A stretch of DNA of 31,809 nucleotides from Gemmatimonadota bacterium. Its GTDB lineage: Bacteria > Gemmatimonadota > Gemmatimonadetes > Longimicrobiales > Gaopeijiaceae. Shown one piece after another: positions 9,201 to 18,214 of this stretch. Under the pieces are notes generated by a model, which saw only the letters and a list, made by a program, of their open reading frames with translations, did no database searches and was not told where the DNA came from. Location of the stretch: NCBI GenBank assembly GCA_039589315.1, contig JBDHHQ010000051.1, positions 1 to 31,809 on the forward strand. Reading direction: 5' to 3'. A program made the translations under genes and the position numbers. How positions within the stretch are numbered: position 1 is the stretch's first letter; each line of letters starts with the position of its first letter.

Positions 9201-11520
9201 CCACGTACTTCGCGGCAGGCGCCAGGGCCATGGACCGCTTGGCCCTCTCCGAAGCAGTCAGGTTCAGCTGCGCCAGCTCGACGCGCTTGGCGGGGGTGGT
9301 GACGAGCTCCCGACATTCGTTCAGGTGATTGACGATGTCGAAGATGCGTTCGGTCAGGTCCTCTTCGGCGGCCTCGCTCTGGAGCTGGCCACCGATACGG
9401 CAATGGAGCTTTCGGCGCTCATCGGGATCGACGGTGGCGTAGGCAGCCTGTTGAACGCGATCGTGGACGAACTGGTACCGGATCGACGCGGTGGACCCGT
9501 TCTGCGAGTCTTCCATGAAGTCCGCGTACTTGTATGCTTCGTCCAGAGGTACGAGGAGATCGGCGCGGAGGGCCGGAGCCAGTCGTGCCGACGTAACGAC
9601 TTGCGTGGACTGATTCACCCGGGCGACAGTGCGCAGGTCGAACTCGGCGCCCACGCACGCGGCGAGCTGCACGACGGCCACCGTTTCGGCCGGAAGGTCC
9701 GAGATCCGAGCGGTCACGAGGTCCACTACGTTGTCCGTCACGCCCACCCGCCGGATCTCCTCCAGGTCCCAGGACCACCGCTGCCGAGCCCTGTCGAAAC
9801 GCAGCAGCTCGCGGTCGTGGAGAACCCGCAGGAACTCCCGAACGAAGAAGGGATTCCCGCCGGTCTTGGCCACGACCACCTCGGCGAACTCACGGCACGC
9901 TCGGGCCTCGGTCCGCATCGTGTCCGCCAGCAGCGCGGCGACGTCCTGCTCGGCCAGAGGATCGAGCTGGATGTCAGTCACCGGGGCGCCCTCTTCCTCC
10001 AGCCTCGCGATCAGGCTGAGGAGCTGCCCGCCCGGCGTCACCTCCTCGTGCCTGTAGGCGCCAACCACGAGCAGGTGCTGGGAGGCGCGGTCCGTCATCA
10101 TCAGTCGGATGAGGTCCAGCGTGGCGCCGTCGGCCCACTGCAGGTCGTCGACGAAGAGACAGAGGGGCCGCTCGGCCGTGGTCAGCGCACGGACGAAGTG
10201 GCGGAAGACACGTCTGAACCGCGCCTGGGCTTCGCTCAGCCCCAGCTCGGGTATGGCGGGCTGGGGCCCGATGATCAGCTCGACCTCGGGGATGACGTCG
10301 ACGATGACCTGCCCACTCGACTCCAGGGCCGCGCCGAGCGAGGCCCTCCACCCGACCAGCCGATCCTCGCTCTCGGTGAGCAGGGTGCGGACCAGATCCC
10401 GGAACGCCTGGATGATGGCGCTATAGGGGATGTCCCTCCTGAACTGATCGAACTTACCCGAGGCGAAGTAGCCTCGCCGGGCGACGATGGGGCGGTTTAG
10501 CTCACCCACGAGAGCCGACTTGCCGATGCCCGGGAACCCCGAGACGAGCACCAGCTCCGGCCGCCCCCGTGCCGCCCGATCGAACGCCGCAAGGAGGTCC
10601 GCGGCCGCAGCCTCCCGGGCGTAGAGCTTGTCGGGGATTTGAAAGCGGTCCGAGACATCGTGCCGGCCCGGCTCGAAGTCCTCGAGCCCGTCGCCCCGAG
10701 CGAGCCCCGAGGCGCATTCGAGGAGATCCACCTCGATCCCGCTGGCCGTCTGGTAGCGGTCCTCAGCGGTCTTCGCCATCAGGCGGAGCAGGACGCGGGA
10801 GAGGGCTTCCGGCACCTGGGGAGCCCGCTCGGCCGGCGGCACGGGCTGTCTGGCGATATGGCAGTGGACCAGCTCCATGGGGTCTTCGACCTCGAAGGGC
10901 CGCCGCCCCACGGCCGCTTCGTACAGCGTGACGCCCAGGGAGTAGAAGTCCGTCCTCTGGTCGACCATTCGGTTCATGCGTCCGGTCTGCTCGGGAGCCA
11001 TGTATTCCAGGCTGCCCTCCAGCAGCTCCGGCGCGGCCGCCGAGCTTCGCTCACGTTGCAGGCGAGCGGAGTTCCCCAAGCCGGTCAGCCAGACGCCGCC
11101 CGAGTCGAGATCGACGAGAATGTTGGACGGCCTGACGTCCTTATGGATGATCCCTCGCTCGTGGACGGTGCCGAGGATTCCAGCGAGCCGGGCGCCCACG
11201 CGGCAGACGGCAGCGAGGTCCAACGCCGGATCACCGATCAGCCGATCGAAGGGAACGCCGCCGGGATCCTCCAGGATCAGCACGGGGCGTCCCTCGAGTC
11301 GCTCCAGCGAGAGTGGCCGGACGACCCCGGAAAGGGCGAGGTCGCCGGTGACCTCGTATTCGTGGCGGAGTGATGCAGCGTCCCGGCTCGCGAGTGCGGA
11401 GCCTGGCAACGTCTTCACGATGCAAGGGACACCGTCGTCCTCGCGGTGGGCCCGATACAGATTGAACCGGGAACCCTCCTGGAGGTTCTCAGCGATCTCG
11501 TATCCCTTCAGTTCGACCAT
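6256..11520 (-). CDS. Ser/Thr kinase - AAA ATPase - helical repeats - GAF - class III adenylate cyclase
   Basis: Kinase: IVKT, IHKDVRPSN, YMAPEQTGRMNR. Walker A GFPGIGKS, Walker B LFVDDLQWAD, FVHDRVQQAAY. GAF: LYLENN..DAFT. Cyclase: LFSDFVSFT, EKIKTIGDSYM, RIGIHSG, FDVWGDAVNVASRME. Confidence 0.93.
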   Translation of the reverse strand: MVELKGYEIAENLQEGSRFNLYRAHREDDGVPCIVKTLPGSALASRDAASLRHEYEVTGDLALSGVVRPLSLERLEGRPVLILEDPGGVPFDRLIGDPALDLAAVCRVGARLAGILGTVHERGIIHKDVRPSNILVDLDSGGVWLTGLGNSARLQRERSSAAAPELLEGSLEYMAPEQTGRMNRMVDQRTDFYSLGVTLYEAAVGRRPFEVEDPMELVHCHIARQPVPPAERAPQVPEALSRVLLRLMAKTAEDRYQTASGIEVDLLECASGLARGDGLEDFEPGRHDVSDRFQIPDKLYAREAAAADLLAAFDRAARGRPELVLVSGFPGIGKSALVGELNRPIVARRGYFASGKFDQFRRDIPYSAIIQAFRDLVRTLLTESEDRLVGWRASLGAALESSGQVIVDVIPEVELIIGPQPAIPELGLSEAQARFRRVFRHFVRALTTAERPLCLFVDDLQWADGATLDLIRLMMTDRASQHLLVVGAYRHEEVTPGGQLLSLIARLEEEGAPVTDIQLDPLAEQDVAALLADTMRTEARACREFAEVVVAKTGGNPFFVREFLRVLHDRELLRFDRARQRWSWDLEEIRRVGVTDNVVDLVTARISDLPAETVAVVQLAACVGAEFDLRTVARVNQSTQVVTSARLAPALRADLLVPLDEAYKYADFMEDSQNGSTASIRYQFVHDRVQQAAYATVDPDERRKLHCRIGGQLQSEAAEEDLTERIFDIVNHLNECRELVTTPAKRVELAQLNLTASERAKRSMALAPAAKYVALGLELIGPEGWSEQYDLALGLHLEQSEIAYLSGDFELMDTTGDVILDKARSVLDAVPVYELRIQRYHDEIRYPEAVDTGLRVLALLGDPLPARPGKAAVAVGLARTVALLRGRNVASLLDLPAMADQSKLATMRILMAIASGAYYVHADLFPLIVFKMVQLSVRYGNSPLSAFGYGCYGLIFCGVVGLVDRGYAFGRLSLDVVDRFEAEDLRAKTAHLFNLFVRHWKEDLRDTLDHLLEGASKGMENGDYEYASYCKLFYSSHCFFTGEPLDRLSAKVTVHYESAVRVKQDKASGLLLLLCDNLRALRTRPDAPEPAGLPDADLAPYLERWESVRDRVSLSYAHVFGIMRNYLLGAPEQAVDHARRLVPYEDNLAGQSYLPFARHYESLALLALIPGLEGADRRLALRKVAKNQRRLRRWSRWAPMNYARWHALVDAERTRVEGDAWEAVRLFEYGIALAREAESLPDEALGEELIGRLYLSLADPQAGAVHLATAIRLYGRWGADAKVGLLTEEFDELLERLAGLEAVRSRRRSGSAEGATDLDAHSVIKSAQAISREINVEELIRRVLAVAMENAGAQRGFFIVERGGALQIEAGASVDADLEAESVKQPVDETRLLSRAVVNLVARLKEDVVLGDAGADPRFQSDPYIQEQRPLSLLCVPVMRREELAAILYLENNRARDAFTPDRLAVLKTLTAQATISLQNAFLYENLEQQVEERTRDLELARAEADRQRQKADDLLFSILPGSVAEDLKAHGRFEPLRFDSATVLFSDFVSFTSYAQSMDPIHLVAELDRLFLRFDDICDLHRMEKIKTIGDSYMCAGGVPSPSATHAIDACLTALEIRDFMRVENDGEDGGGSPWQVRIGIHSGHVMAGVIGRTRPAFDVWGDAVNVASRMESAGVAGQVNLSKDTRDLVDPFFETRYRGRMEVKNRGELEMYFLEAIRPELATADDPSKPNDAFWQLADKVLGVRLAPDSDG

Positions 11521-11663
11521 CTAGTCTCACGCTGCTGGGGGCGGCGCGTCCCGATCCAGATCGGCAAGCCAATGAATGTGGTCGCTGGGCCTGGCGCAAT
11601 GTAGGTTGCCCGCGTGGATCCTGCGGATTCGGGTTCGTTCGTGACTTCGAGTTGGGGGCATCA

Positions 11664-13310
11664 GTGGCTGATTCGGTACTGGTATTGGGCGGGGGGATCG
11701 GTGGTCTCACCGCCGCACACGAGCTGGCGGAGAGAGGCTTCGATGTCACGGTCCTCGAGCTGAAGAAGATCCCCGGCGGCAAGTCCCGGACGATTCCGGT
11801 ACCCGGCACCGGCACCGAGGGTCGCCCGGACCTGCCCGGCGAGCACGGATTCCGCTTCTTCCCGGGTTTCTATGCCCACCTGCCGAACTCGATGAAGCGG
11901 ATCCCCGTCGGAGGGTCGGGCAAGTCGGCCTTCGACAACCTGGTCCCCACGAGTCGCGTCAAGCTCGCTCGGAACGAGAAGGTGGGGATCGTAGGCCCGA
12001 CCCGCTTTCCCCAGAGCCTGGACGATCTCGAGCTCATCTTCAAGGACCTCTTCCATCCCCCGATTCACTTCAAGCCCGGTGAGCTGCGCTACTTCGCCGC
12101 CCGTCTCTGGCAGGTCATGACGAGCTGCAAGGCGCGCCGGTTGGCCCAGCTCGAAGGCGAGTCCTGGTGGGACTTCACGGGGGCAGAAACGCGCTCCGCC
12201 AATTACCAGCAATTCCTGGCCGAGGGACTCTCCCGCTCTCTGGTCGCGGCCAAGGCGCGGAAGGGCAGCGCCCGCACCATTGGACAGGTACAAGTTCACC
12301 TCATCTTCGGGATGCTCAGTCCGGGGCACAGCACAGACCGGGTTCTGAACGGACCCACGAGCGATGTATTCCTGAATCCTTGGATCTCCTACCTCGAGTC
12401 CCGCCGGGGCGTGAGCTACGAGACCCAGAAGCGGGTCACGTCCTTCGAGCTCGCGGGCGGGCGCATCAGCGGTGTTCGTGTGGATGGTGAAGCGGAGCCC
12501 CGGACGGCGGATTGGTATGTATCCGCTCTCCCGGTCGAGGTCATGGGGCCGATGACTACTCCGGACATGATCGAGGCGGCGCCGGAGCTCGAGCATGTGC
12601 CGAAGCTGGCGAAGAGCGTGCGCTGGATGAACGGGATGCAGTTCTTCCTGAAGAAGGACGTCCCCATCATCCACGGGCACACCCTGTACGTCGACTCGCC
12701 GTGGGCCATCACGTCCATCTCCGAGGCCCAGTTCTGGGAGCGCAAGCTCACGGAGTACGGGGACGGCACGACCAAGGGTGTCCTGTCCGTCGACATTTCG
12801 GATTGGACGGAAGACGGGCGGTACTTGAAGCAGTGGGCGTCCAGGCTGGAGACCGTCAACGAGATCGCCGACGAGGTCATCCAGGAGCTCACTCACAACT
12901 TGAACCTCGACGGCAAGACCGTCCTGAATCCGTTGGACATTCAGCGCTGGTTCCTTGACACGGACATCGAGCTCCCCCACGGGGACCGTCCGCACGAGAC
13001 CATCAACCTCGAGCCCCTGTTCATCAATCAGCCGCACTCCTGGTCGAAGCGGCCCCCGGCCCTCACCGGCATCGAGAACCTCTACTTGGCCGCGGACTAC
13101 GTGCAGACCAACAGCGACCTGGCGTGCATGGAAGCGGCCAACGAGGCGGCGCGCCGAGCCGTGAACGGCATTCTCGACGCGTCCGACTCCAGCGCCGCCC
13201 ACTGTCGTATCTGGGACATGGGCATGCCCGGCTTGCTGGCGCTTTGGCGGCGGCATGACGAGAAGCGCTTCGAGCAGGGGCTGCCTTGGAACGGGAAGCT
13301 GCTCGGATAG
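11664..13310 (+). CDS. FAD-dependent oxidoreductase, HpnE / carotene desaturase-like family
   Basis: Rossmann motif VLGGGIGGLTAA...E..GGK, GEHGFRFFPGFY, NLYLAADYV..MEAANEAARRAVN. Start is GTG 11664 or TTG 11652. Confidence 0.82.
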   Translation: MADSVLVLGGGIGGLTAAHELAERGFDVTVLELKKIPGGKSRTIPVPGTGTEGRPDLPGEHGFRFFPGFYAHLPNSMKRIPVGGSGKSAFDNLVPTSRVKLARNEKVGIVGPTRFPQSLDDLELIFKDLFHPPIHFKPGELRYFAARLWQVMTSCKARRLAQLEGESWWDFTGAETRSANYQQFLAEGLSRSLVAAKARKGSARTIGQVQVHLIFGMLSPGHSTDRVLNGPTSDVFLNPWISYLESRRGVSYETQKRVTSFELAGGRISGVRVDGEAEPRTADWYVSALPVEVMGPMTTPDMIEAAPELEHVPKLAKSVRWMNGMQFFLKKDVPIIHGHTLYVDSPWAITSISEAQFWERKLTEYGDGTTKGVLSVDISDWTEDGRYLKQWASRLETVNEIADEVIQELTHNLNLDGKTVLNPLDIQRWFLDTDIELPHGDRPHETINLEPLFINQPHSWSKRPPALTGIENLYLAADYVQTNSDLACMEAANEAARRAVNGILDASDSSAAHCRIWDMGMPGLLALWRRHDEKRFEQGLPWNGKLLG

Positions 13311-13332
13311 TGGGCCGCGCGAGTGGGGGCCT

Positions 13333-14682
13333 CTACCCTCCCGAGCCCCCGCCGAGGGCACCGAACGAGAACTGCAGAAGGAAGGAGTTCTCGTAGGCCT
13401 CCATGGCTACGGACGTGCCGGGGATCGGGCCCGGCGGCTGAACGATGGGGCCCTCGACGTCCGTCTTGAAGGCGTGGTAGTAGGCAGCGCTGATCTCGAA
13501 GCCCTTCGTCGGACGCACGCCGATTCCCAGCGTCAGGTGGTCTTTCAGGATCGCCGGAGCCGGGATGTTGAACATCGTGAGCTCCTCGGGGATCGGGTTC
13601 TGCGAGCGGTTGTATCCGCCCCGCAGCGCGATCGCCGTCGAGGCCCGGTACTCTGCACCCAGCGCCAGAACCAGGATGTTCCGCCATCCCAGCCCACGCA
13701 CGGCTCCCGTCTCGTCGAAGCCGGATTCAGAGAAGCCATCGGCGCTCTCGTAGAGGATATACCGCACGTCGCCCAGGAGTGAGAGCGCAGAAAGGGGCGA
13801 CATAGCGATCCCGCCGGCCACCACGGCAGGCGCGTCCAAAGAGAATGTCAACGTCCGGGGGCTCCCGAAGTTGGGGAGATTCGGGTTCTCGTGGACCGAC
13901 GTGAACTCGAAGTCCTGAAACCGCTGCTTGCTGGTGTACGCAGCCCCCAGGGACACCGTGGCGCTTGGCCGGTAGATGACGCCCGCCTGGAACCCGAACC
14001 CCCACGCGGGGTCGGCGGCGGTGGCCCGTGGGTAGAATACGCGGTCGTCCGGCGTACCCGGCGTGCCGTCAGGCCCCGGGTCCACATCTGGCGAGGCCGT
14101 GGGCAGCGGGTCTGCGCTCAGGATGCCCCAGTCCACATTCAGCGCGAAGCCGAGCCACAGCTTCTCGGACGGGGCGACCGCCACGGCAGGGGTGAACTTG
14201 AGGAGCTGAAACTGGCTGTACGCTTGACCAAAGCCGGTCGGCCGGGGCGCGAAGATGGGGTTGGTGGGCTCCGACGGATAGTTCACGCCGAAGCCACCGG
14301 CGGCGAACGCGCCCAGGCCCAACACGACCGGCTGGCCCTCGATCCGCCGACTCCAGCCCAGGGCCGGAAGCGGTATGTAGGCGGTCCCGCTGGCCGTCGT
14401 CCCGCTGCCCCCCGGACCCGCCGAGCTGGAGGTCGTCGCTTCGGGCCGGAAGAGCTCGAAGCTCACATCGACGCGCGTGCCGTCGAACGCCATCAACCCT
14501 GCCGGATTGAGGAAGAACGCACCGAGGAGGTCTCGTGGGGCCGCCGTTCCCGCTCCCCCCATTGCGGAGTTGATGGCGCCGACCCCGTGGAGGTAGTGAC
14601 CGTCCGTAGCCTGGGCGGGCCGGGGACACACGGTCAGCGCCAGAATCACCGCGAGACACGCGGTCGGGGCGAATCGGGGCAT
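13333..14682 (-). CDS. OmpP1/FadL/TodX family outer membrane channel
   Basis: RBS GAGGGAG; signal peptide; hatch region SAMGGAGTA...FLNPAGL; amphipathic beta strands; ALRGGYN. Confidence 0.88.
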   Translation of the reverse strand: MPRFAPTACLAVILALTVCPRPAQATDGHYLHGVGAINSAMGGAGTAAPRDLLGAFFLNPAGLMAFDGTRVDVSFELFRPEATTSSSAGPGGSGTTASGTAYIPLPALGWSRRIEGQPVVLGLGAFAAGGFGVNYPSEPTNPIFAPRPTGFGQAYSQFQLLKFTPAVAVAPSEKLWLGFALNVDWGILSADPLPTASPDVDPGPDGTPGTPDDRVFYPRATAADPAWGFGFQAGVIYRPSATVSLGAAYTSKQRFQDFEFTSVHENPNLPNFGSPRTLTFSLDAPAVVAGGIAMSPLSALSLLGDVRYILYESADGFSESGFDETGAVRGLGWRNILVLALGAEYRASTAIALRGGYNRSQNPIPEELTMFNIPAPAILKDHLTLGIGVRPTKGFEISAAYYHAFKTDVEGPIVQPPGPIPGTSVAMEAYENSFLLQFSFGALGGGSGG

Positions 14683-14831
14683 CGAGGATCTCCCTCAGGC
14701 AGGTGACGGAGAAGCCGCACCCCGCGTGAGGCGGGTGCGTGGCGGTCTGCCACCCAATATGCACGACGGCCCCGCCAGGCAAAGACATTAGTGGCGCGGG
14801 GCGCGGGTCGGTCGAAGGCGCGAAGCGCCCT

Positions 14832-14876
14832 TTCCTCCTTTTCCCGACAGACAGAGGCCGCCGGAGGGGTTAGCGT
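14832..14876 (+). promoter_or_regulatory. Shared promoter element, copy 2
   Basis: TTCCTCCTTTTCCCGACAGACA (14832-14853); ACAGAC-N18-TAGCGT (14871-14876). Confidence 0.65.
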
Positions 14877-14930
14877 CAAGGGGGAGCATCGGTTTCGGAT
14901 TCCCGCCGGCTCGACATCTGAGGAGGGTCT

Positions 14931-15548
14931 ATGGAGACCATCGATTTCGGTAAGCAGTATCGGGAGCTGTATCATGCGGGAAGGAAGGTCCAGGAGGTCC
15001 ACGCTGAGCGAGGCGCCTTTCTCCGCGTGACCGGGCGTGGCGAGCCGGGAGGCGAGGCGTTTCAGCGCGCTATCGAGGCCCTCTTCTCCGTAGCCTACAC
15101 GCTGAAGTTCCAGCTCAAGGGCGCAGGGGTGCTGGATTTCAAGGTCCCGAAGCTCGAGTGCCTCTGGGATACCGATGACGTGGAGGGCACGCCGCCGGAA
15201 GACTGGGAGTGGCGCCTCCAGATCCGCATCCCCGACGTCGTGACGGGGGCGCAGGTGGGCGCAGCGAGGAAGGCCGTCAAAGCCAAGGGAGCCGTCGATC
15301 CCGCTCTGGTGCGCCGGACCAGTTGGAAGGAGGGCCTCGCCCTGCAGGTCATGCACGTGGGGCCTTACGACCAGGTGGGCGCAAGCTGCGAGCAGCTGGC
15401 TGTGACGGCGCAGGAGCTGGGATATCGGCAACGAGGGCCGGTCCACGAGGTCTACATCTCGGATCCTCGACGGACCGCACCGGAGCGGCTGCGAACCGTG
15501 GTTCGCATGCCCATCTCCCATCCTCGGCCGGCGTACGCTCGCGGGTGA
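14931..15548 (+). CDS. GyrI-like small-molecule-binding protein
   Basis: RBS GAGGAGG; G-x-G-EP, ALFSVAYTLKF, LECLW, QVMHVGPYD, HEVYISDPRRTAPERLRT. Confidence 0.88.
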   Translation: METIDFGKQYRELYHAGRKVQEVHAERGAFLRVTGRGEPGGEAFQRAIEALFSVAYTLKFQLKGAGVLDFKVPKLECLWDTDDVEGTPPEDWEWRLQIRIPDVVTGAQVGAARKAVKAKGAVDPALVRRTSWKEGLALQVMHVGPYDQVGASCEQLAVTAQELGYRQRGPVHEVYISDPRRTAPERLRTVVRMPISHPRPAYARG

Positions 15549-15597
15549 GCTCGCCGAGGAAGCGCTAGAGAGGACTGGCCGCTATATCCGCGGTCAG

Positions 15598-15632
15598 CTC
15601 GAGGGGCCCGACGCTCGGCCGAGCCCCTCGAG
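15598..15632. terminator. Hairpin between convergent genes (candidate terminator)
   Basis: Perfect 10-bp stem CTCGAGGGGC/GCCCCTCGAG with a 15-nt loop; no T tract. Confidence 0.4.
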
Positions 15633-15648
15633 GCGACCGGTCAGCGCC

Positions 15649-16467
15649 CTACCTGCTCCAGAACGCCGGATCCGCCGCCTTCATCTCGGCGTTCACGAAG
15701 GACATGGTCGGGCTGAGGCGGAAGCGGTAGGTGATCACGCTCTGCATGCCCTCGCGCGCGAAGGTGTCGAACACCTCGCGCTCGTCGTCCGACATCCCTT
15801 CCCACACGGTCATGTCCCGGGCCATGACGGCGTCGAAGCCCCCGTAGTCGTCCACCGATCCGAAGATGAAGTAAGCGCCGCCCGGCATCCCGGTCATCAC
15901 CTGATAGGTGCGGTAGCTTGTCTCTGGCGCCAAGCGGCTAGAGACCTCGGCGTAGGTCCGGGCCGCTTCCTCGAACTGAGCGTCGTACCCCGGCTTGACC
16001 CGGAAGATGGTGATGTCCCAGAAGCGGGCCCGGTTCAGGTCGGGGAAGTCACCACCACTGAGGTCGGGTCGCCCGGCGAGCTGGACCACCCGCGACGATT
16101 CCAGGTGGGTCGTGTGCTCTTTCCAGAGCCCCTCCAGCTGCGCCGAGAGGGCGGGATTGTCTTCGACGGCCTTCATGGCGCGGCCTTCCGCTGCGTAGTT
16201 CTCGAAGGGCTGGACGTACCACACCATGGGGGGGCCGCTGATGGACTGCATGGCCAGGTAGATGTCGGGACTCCCCGCTTCCTCGAACATCTTCGGCCAG
16301 CCCGACGAGGTCCGTTCGTAGGCCACCTCGTGACCGAGCTTGATCTCTTCCATGTAGATCGTGAGGAGGGTCGGCTGGGTCGTAGGCGTCTCGGCCTGGC
16401 CCGACACACCCATCGCGCTGAAGGCGAGGACGGCCAGGGGAGCGATCAAGCAGGACGGATACCGCAT
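15649..16467 (-). CDS. Secreted hypothetical protein with two NIPSNAP/dimeric alpha-beta barrel-like repeats
   Basis: RBS GGAGG before MRYPSC; signal peptide; two similar units (EEIKLGHEVAYE and FRVKPGYDAQFE). Confidence 0.75.
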   Translation of the reverse strand: MRYPSCLIAPLAVLAFSAMGVSGQAETPTTQPTLLTIYMEEIKLGHEVAYERTSSGWPKMFEEAGSPDIYLAMQSISGPPMVWYVQPFENYAAEGRAMKAVEDNPALSAQLEGLWKEHTTHLESSRVVQLAGRPDLSGGDFPDLNRARFWDITIFRVKPGYDAQFEEAARTYAEVSSRLAPETSYRTYQVMTGMPGGAYFIFGSVDDYGGFDAVMARDMTVWEGMSDDEREVFDTFAREGMQSVITYRFRLSPTMSFVNAEMKAADPAFWSR

Positions 16468-16828
16468 GAGCTGCCTCCGCTTGGGGGGGCGCCGGGTGGC
16501 GCACGGTGGGCGTACCTCGCCACGCTGGGTCGGAGCGCGCGACGAGCTGCGACTGCTTCCGTCAATTCGCCACGAACGGGACCGCCCGGTCAAGGGAACT
16601 CTTGTTCCCGAGGAGTGCGGTCGGCCCCAGCCCACCATTGCGACCCGGTTCAGCCGATCGCCTTGGAGCCAGGACCCGACCCGAGACCGGGCGGAGAGTC
16701 GGTCGGATGGGCCGCTCAGCGACTTGCGCGTCCTGCCGACGGGCCGTGAGGTTCTGCGCATCGGGGAGTCACCAGCGCGCTCGAAAGCCGTCGCTCGGAG
16801 GCGTCCTTCAACAGGGAGAGAGCCTCGC

Positions 16829-18214
16829 ATGGACGGAATCACGCGACGGGACCTGCTCAAGGCAGCCGGGGCTGGTGTGGTGGGGCTGGCCGCGACCGGA
16901 TCCGGTCTCCTCGCACGGCGCTCCCTGGTCGGCGCGGCGGCCGGGACCGTGAACCGACACCCCCATGAATCCGGCTCGACGCAGGACACCTACTTCCCTC
17001 CGCCCGAAGGGGAAGGCGGCTGGCGCACGGCGGATCCGGACTCTCTCGGCATCGACCCCGCCCGGTTGAGCGAGGCAGTCAGGTACCACGACACGAACCC
17101 GATCACGACCAGCTACGGTGGCGCGCTCCTGATCGTCTACCAGGGACACGCAATCAGCGAGACCTACACGACCGGCAGCGATGGCGGGCCGCAGCCCTGG
17201 TCAGCCACCACCTGTAACGACATGAAGTCCTCCACGAAGTCCGTCTTCGGCACGGCGGTCGGCGTGTTCCTGGACGAGTACGCGGACCAGGTGACGTTGG
17301 ACAGCCACCTCGTAGGGTCGTCGAAGGAGCAGTCGTTGATCCCGCAGATCTGGGACCGACCGATCACGGACGAGACGAAGACGCGGATCAAGGTCAAGCA
17401 CGTCATCTCCATGACCTCGGGCCATGAGACGCGCGAGCCGTGGCTGGCCCCCAGCGCCCGGATCCGGTATCCGGGGTTCCACGGCCCCTACCAGATGTAT
17501 GAATACTGCTTCGGGTGGTGGCGCTTCGCGGGCGTGCCGGACCACCACACGCTCAAGTTCGAGCCCGGCACCGACTTCAACTACAGCAACTACGGCCTCG
17601 AGCAAATGGCCCTGGCCATGCGGAACGTCTCGGGTGAACGGGTCGGGCCGTACGTCTACGACCGCGTCCTGGGCCCCATCGGCATGTCGGCCGGGCTTCG
17701 GGACAACGAGTACGGAGACATGCCCTACAGCGACAACCGCGAGCTGAACTTCGCCGGGGAGCCCGGTTGGGGCGTCGGGGGCAGCACCGGGTGCGACGCT
17801 TACGGGGCCGACATGAGCGAGAGCCCCTACGGCCTCAACTCCGTGGTGGGAAGCACGTTCCGGTGCACCGCACGCGACTTCAGCCGCCTCGCCTACCTCT
17901 GGCTCCGGCGCGGACGTTGGAAGGACCGTCAGCTCGTACCTGAAGCATGGCTGGAGGTGGCAACCCATAGGTTCGTACGGGACAACGGCGAAGCGCCATC
18001 GAACTACGGGTACACGTTCTGGGTGATGGATGAGATCGCTGGCGTCCCGAGTGACCTCTACATGTCACGCGGCCACAACCTGAACCACAGCTTCGTCATC
18101 CCCAGCCTCGACCTCGTCGTGGTGCGCCAGGGCAACGACAACCGCAGGATGGACGGAGAAGAGCCGTTCAGCGATCGGCTTATCCGTGAGATCGTGGCGG
18201 CTATCGAGCCGTGA
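16829..18214 (+). CDS. Tat-exported serine hydrolase (beta-lactamase class C-like family)
   Basis: RBS GGGAGAG; TRRDLLK twin-arginine signal; SSTK (SxxK), HVISMTSG, FNYSN, TARDFSRL, YGYTFW, DLVVVR. Confidence 0.88.
   Translation: MDGITRRDLLKAAGAGVVGLAATGSGLLARRSLVGAAAGTVNRHPHESGSTQDTYFPPPEGEGGWRTADPDSLGIDPARLSEAVRYHDTNPITTSYGGALLIVYQGHAISETYTTGSDGGPQPWSATTCNDMKSSTKSVFGTAVGVFLDEYADQVTLDSHLVGSSKEQSLIPQIWDRPITDETKTRIKVKHVISMTSGHETREPWLAPSARIRYPGFHGPYQMYEYCFGWWRFAGVPDHHTLKFEPGTDFNYSNYGLEQMALAMRNVSGERVGPYVYDRVLGPIGMSAGLRDNEYGDMPYSDNRELNFAGEPGWGVGGSTGCDAYGADMSESPYGLNSVVGSTFRCTARDFSRLAYLWLRRGRWKDRQLVPEAWLEVATHRFVRDNGEAPSNYGYTFWVMDEIAGVPSDLYMSRGHNLNHSFVIPSLDLVVVRQGNDNRRMDGEEPFSDRLIREIVAAIEP

Noticed and set aside
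6256..11520. Anti-phage NLR-like or Pycsar/CBASS defence system
   Set aside because: No adjacent effector or defence genes; the cyclase has ordinary adenine-specific residues and the scaffold matches known signalling proteins.
11592..11609. Sigma54 promoter (TGGCGC...TTGC)
   Set aside because: GG to GC spacing is 13 nt, not the required 10.
14756..14782. Sigma70 promoter for the FadL gene (TTGCCT...CATATT, minus strand)
   Set aside because: Spacer is only 15 nt; too weak to call.
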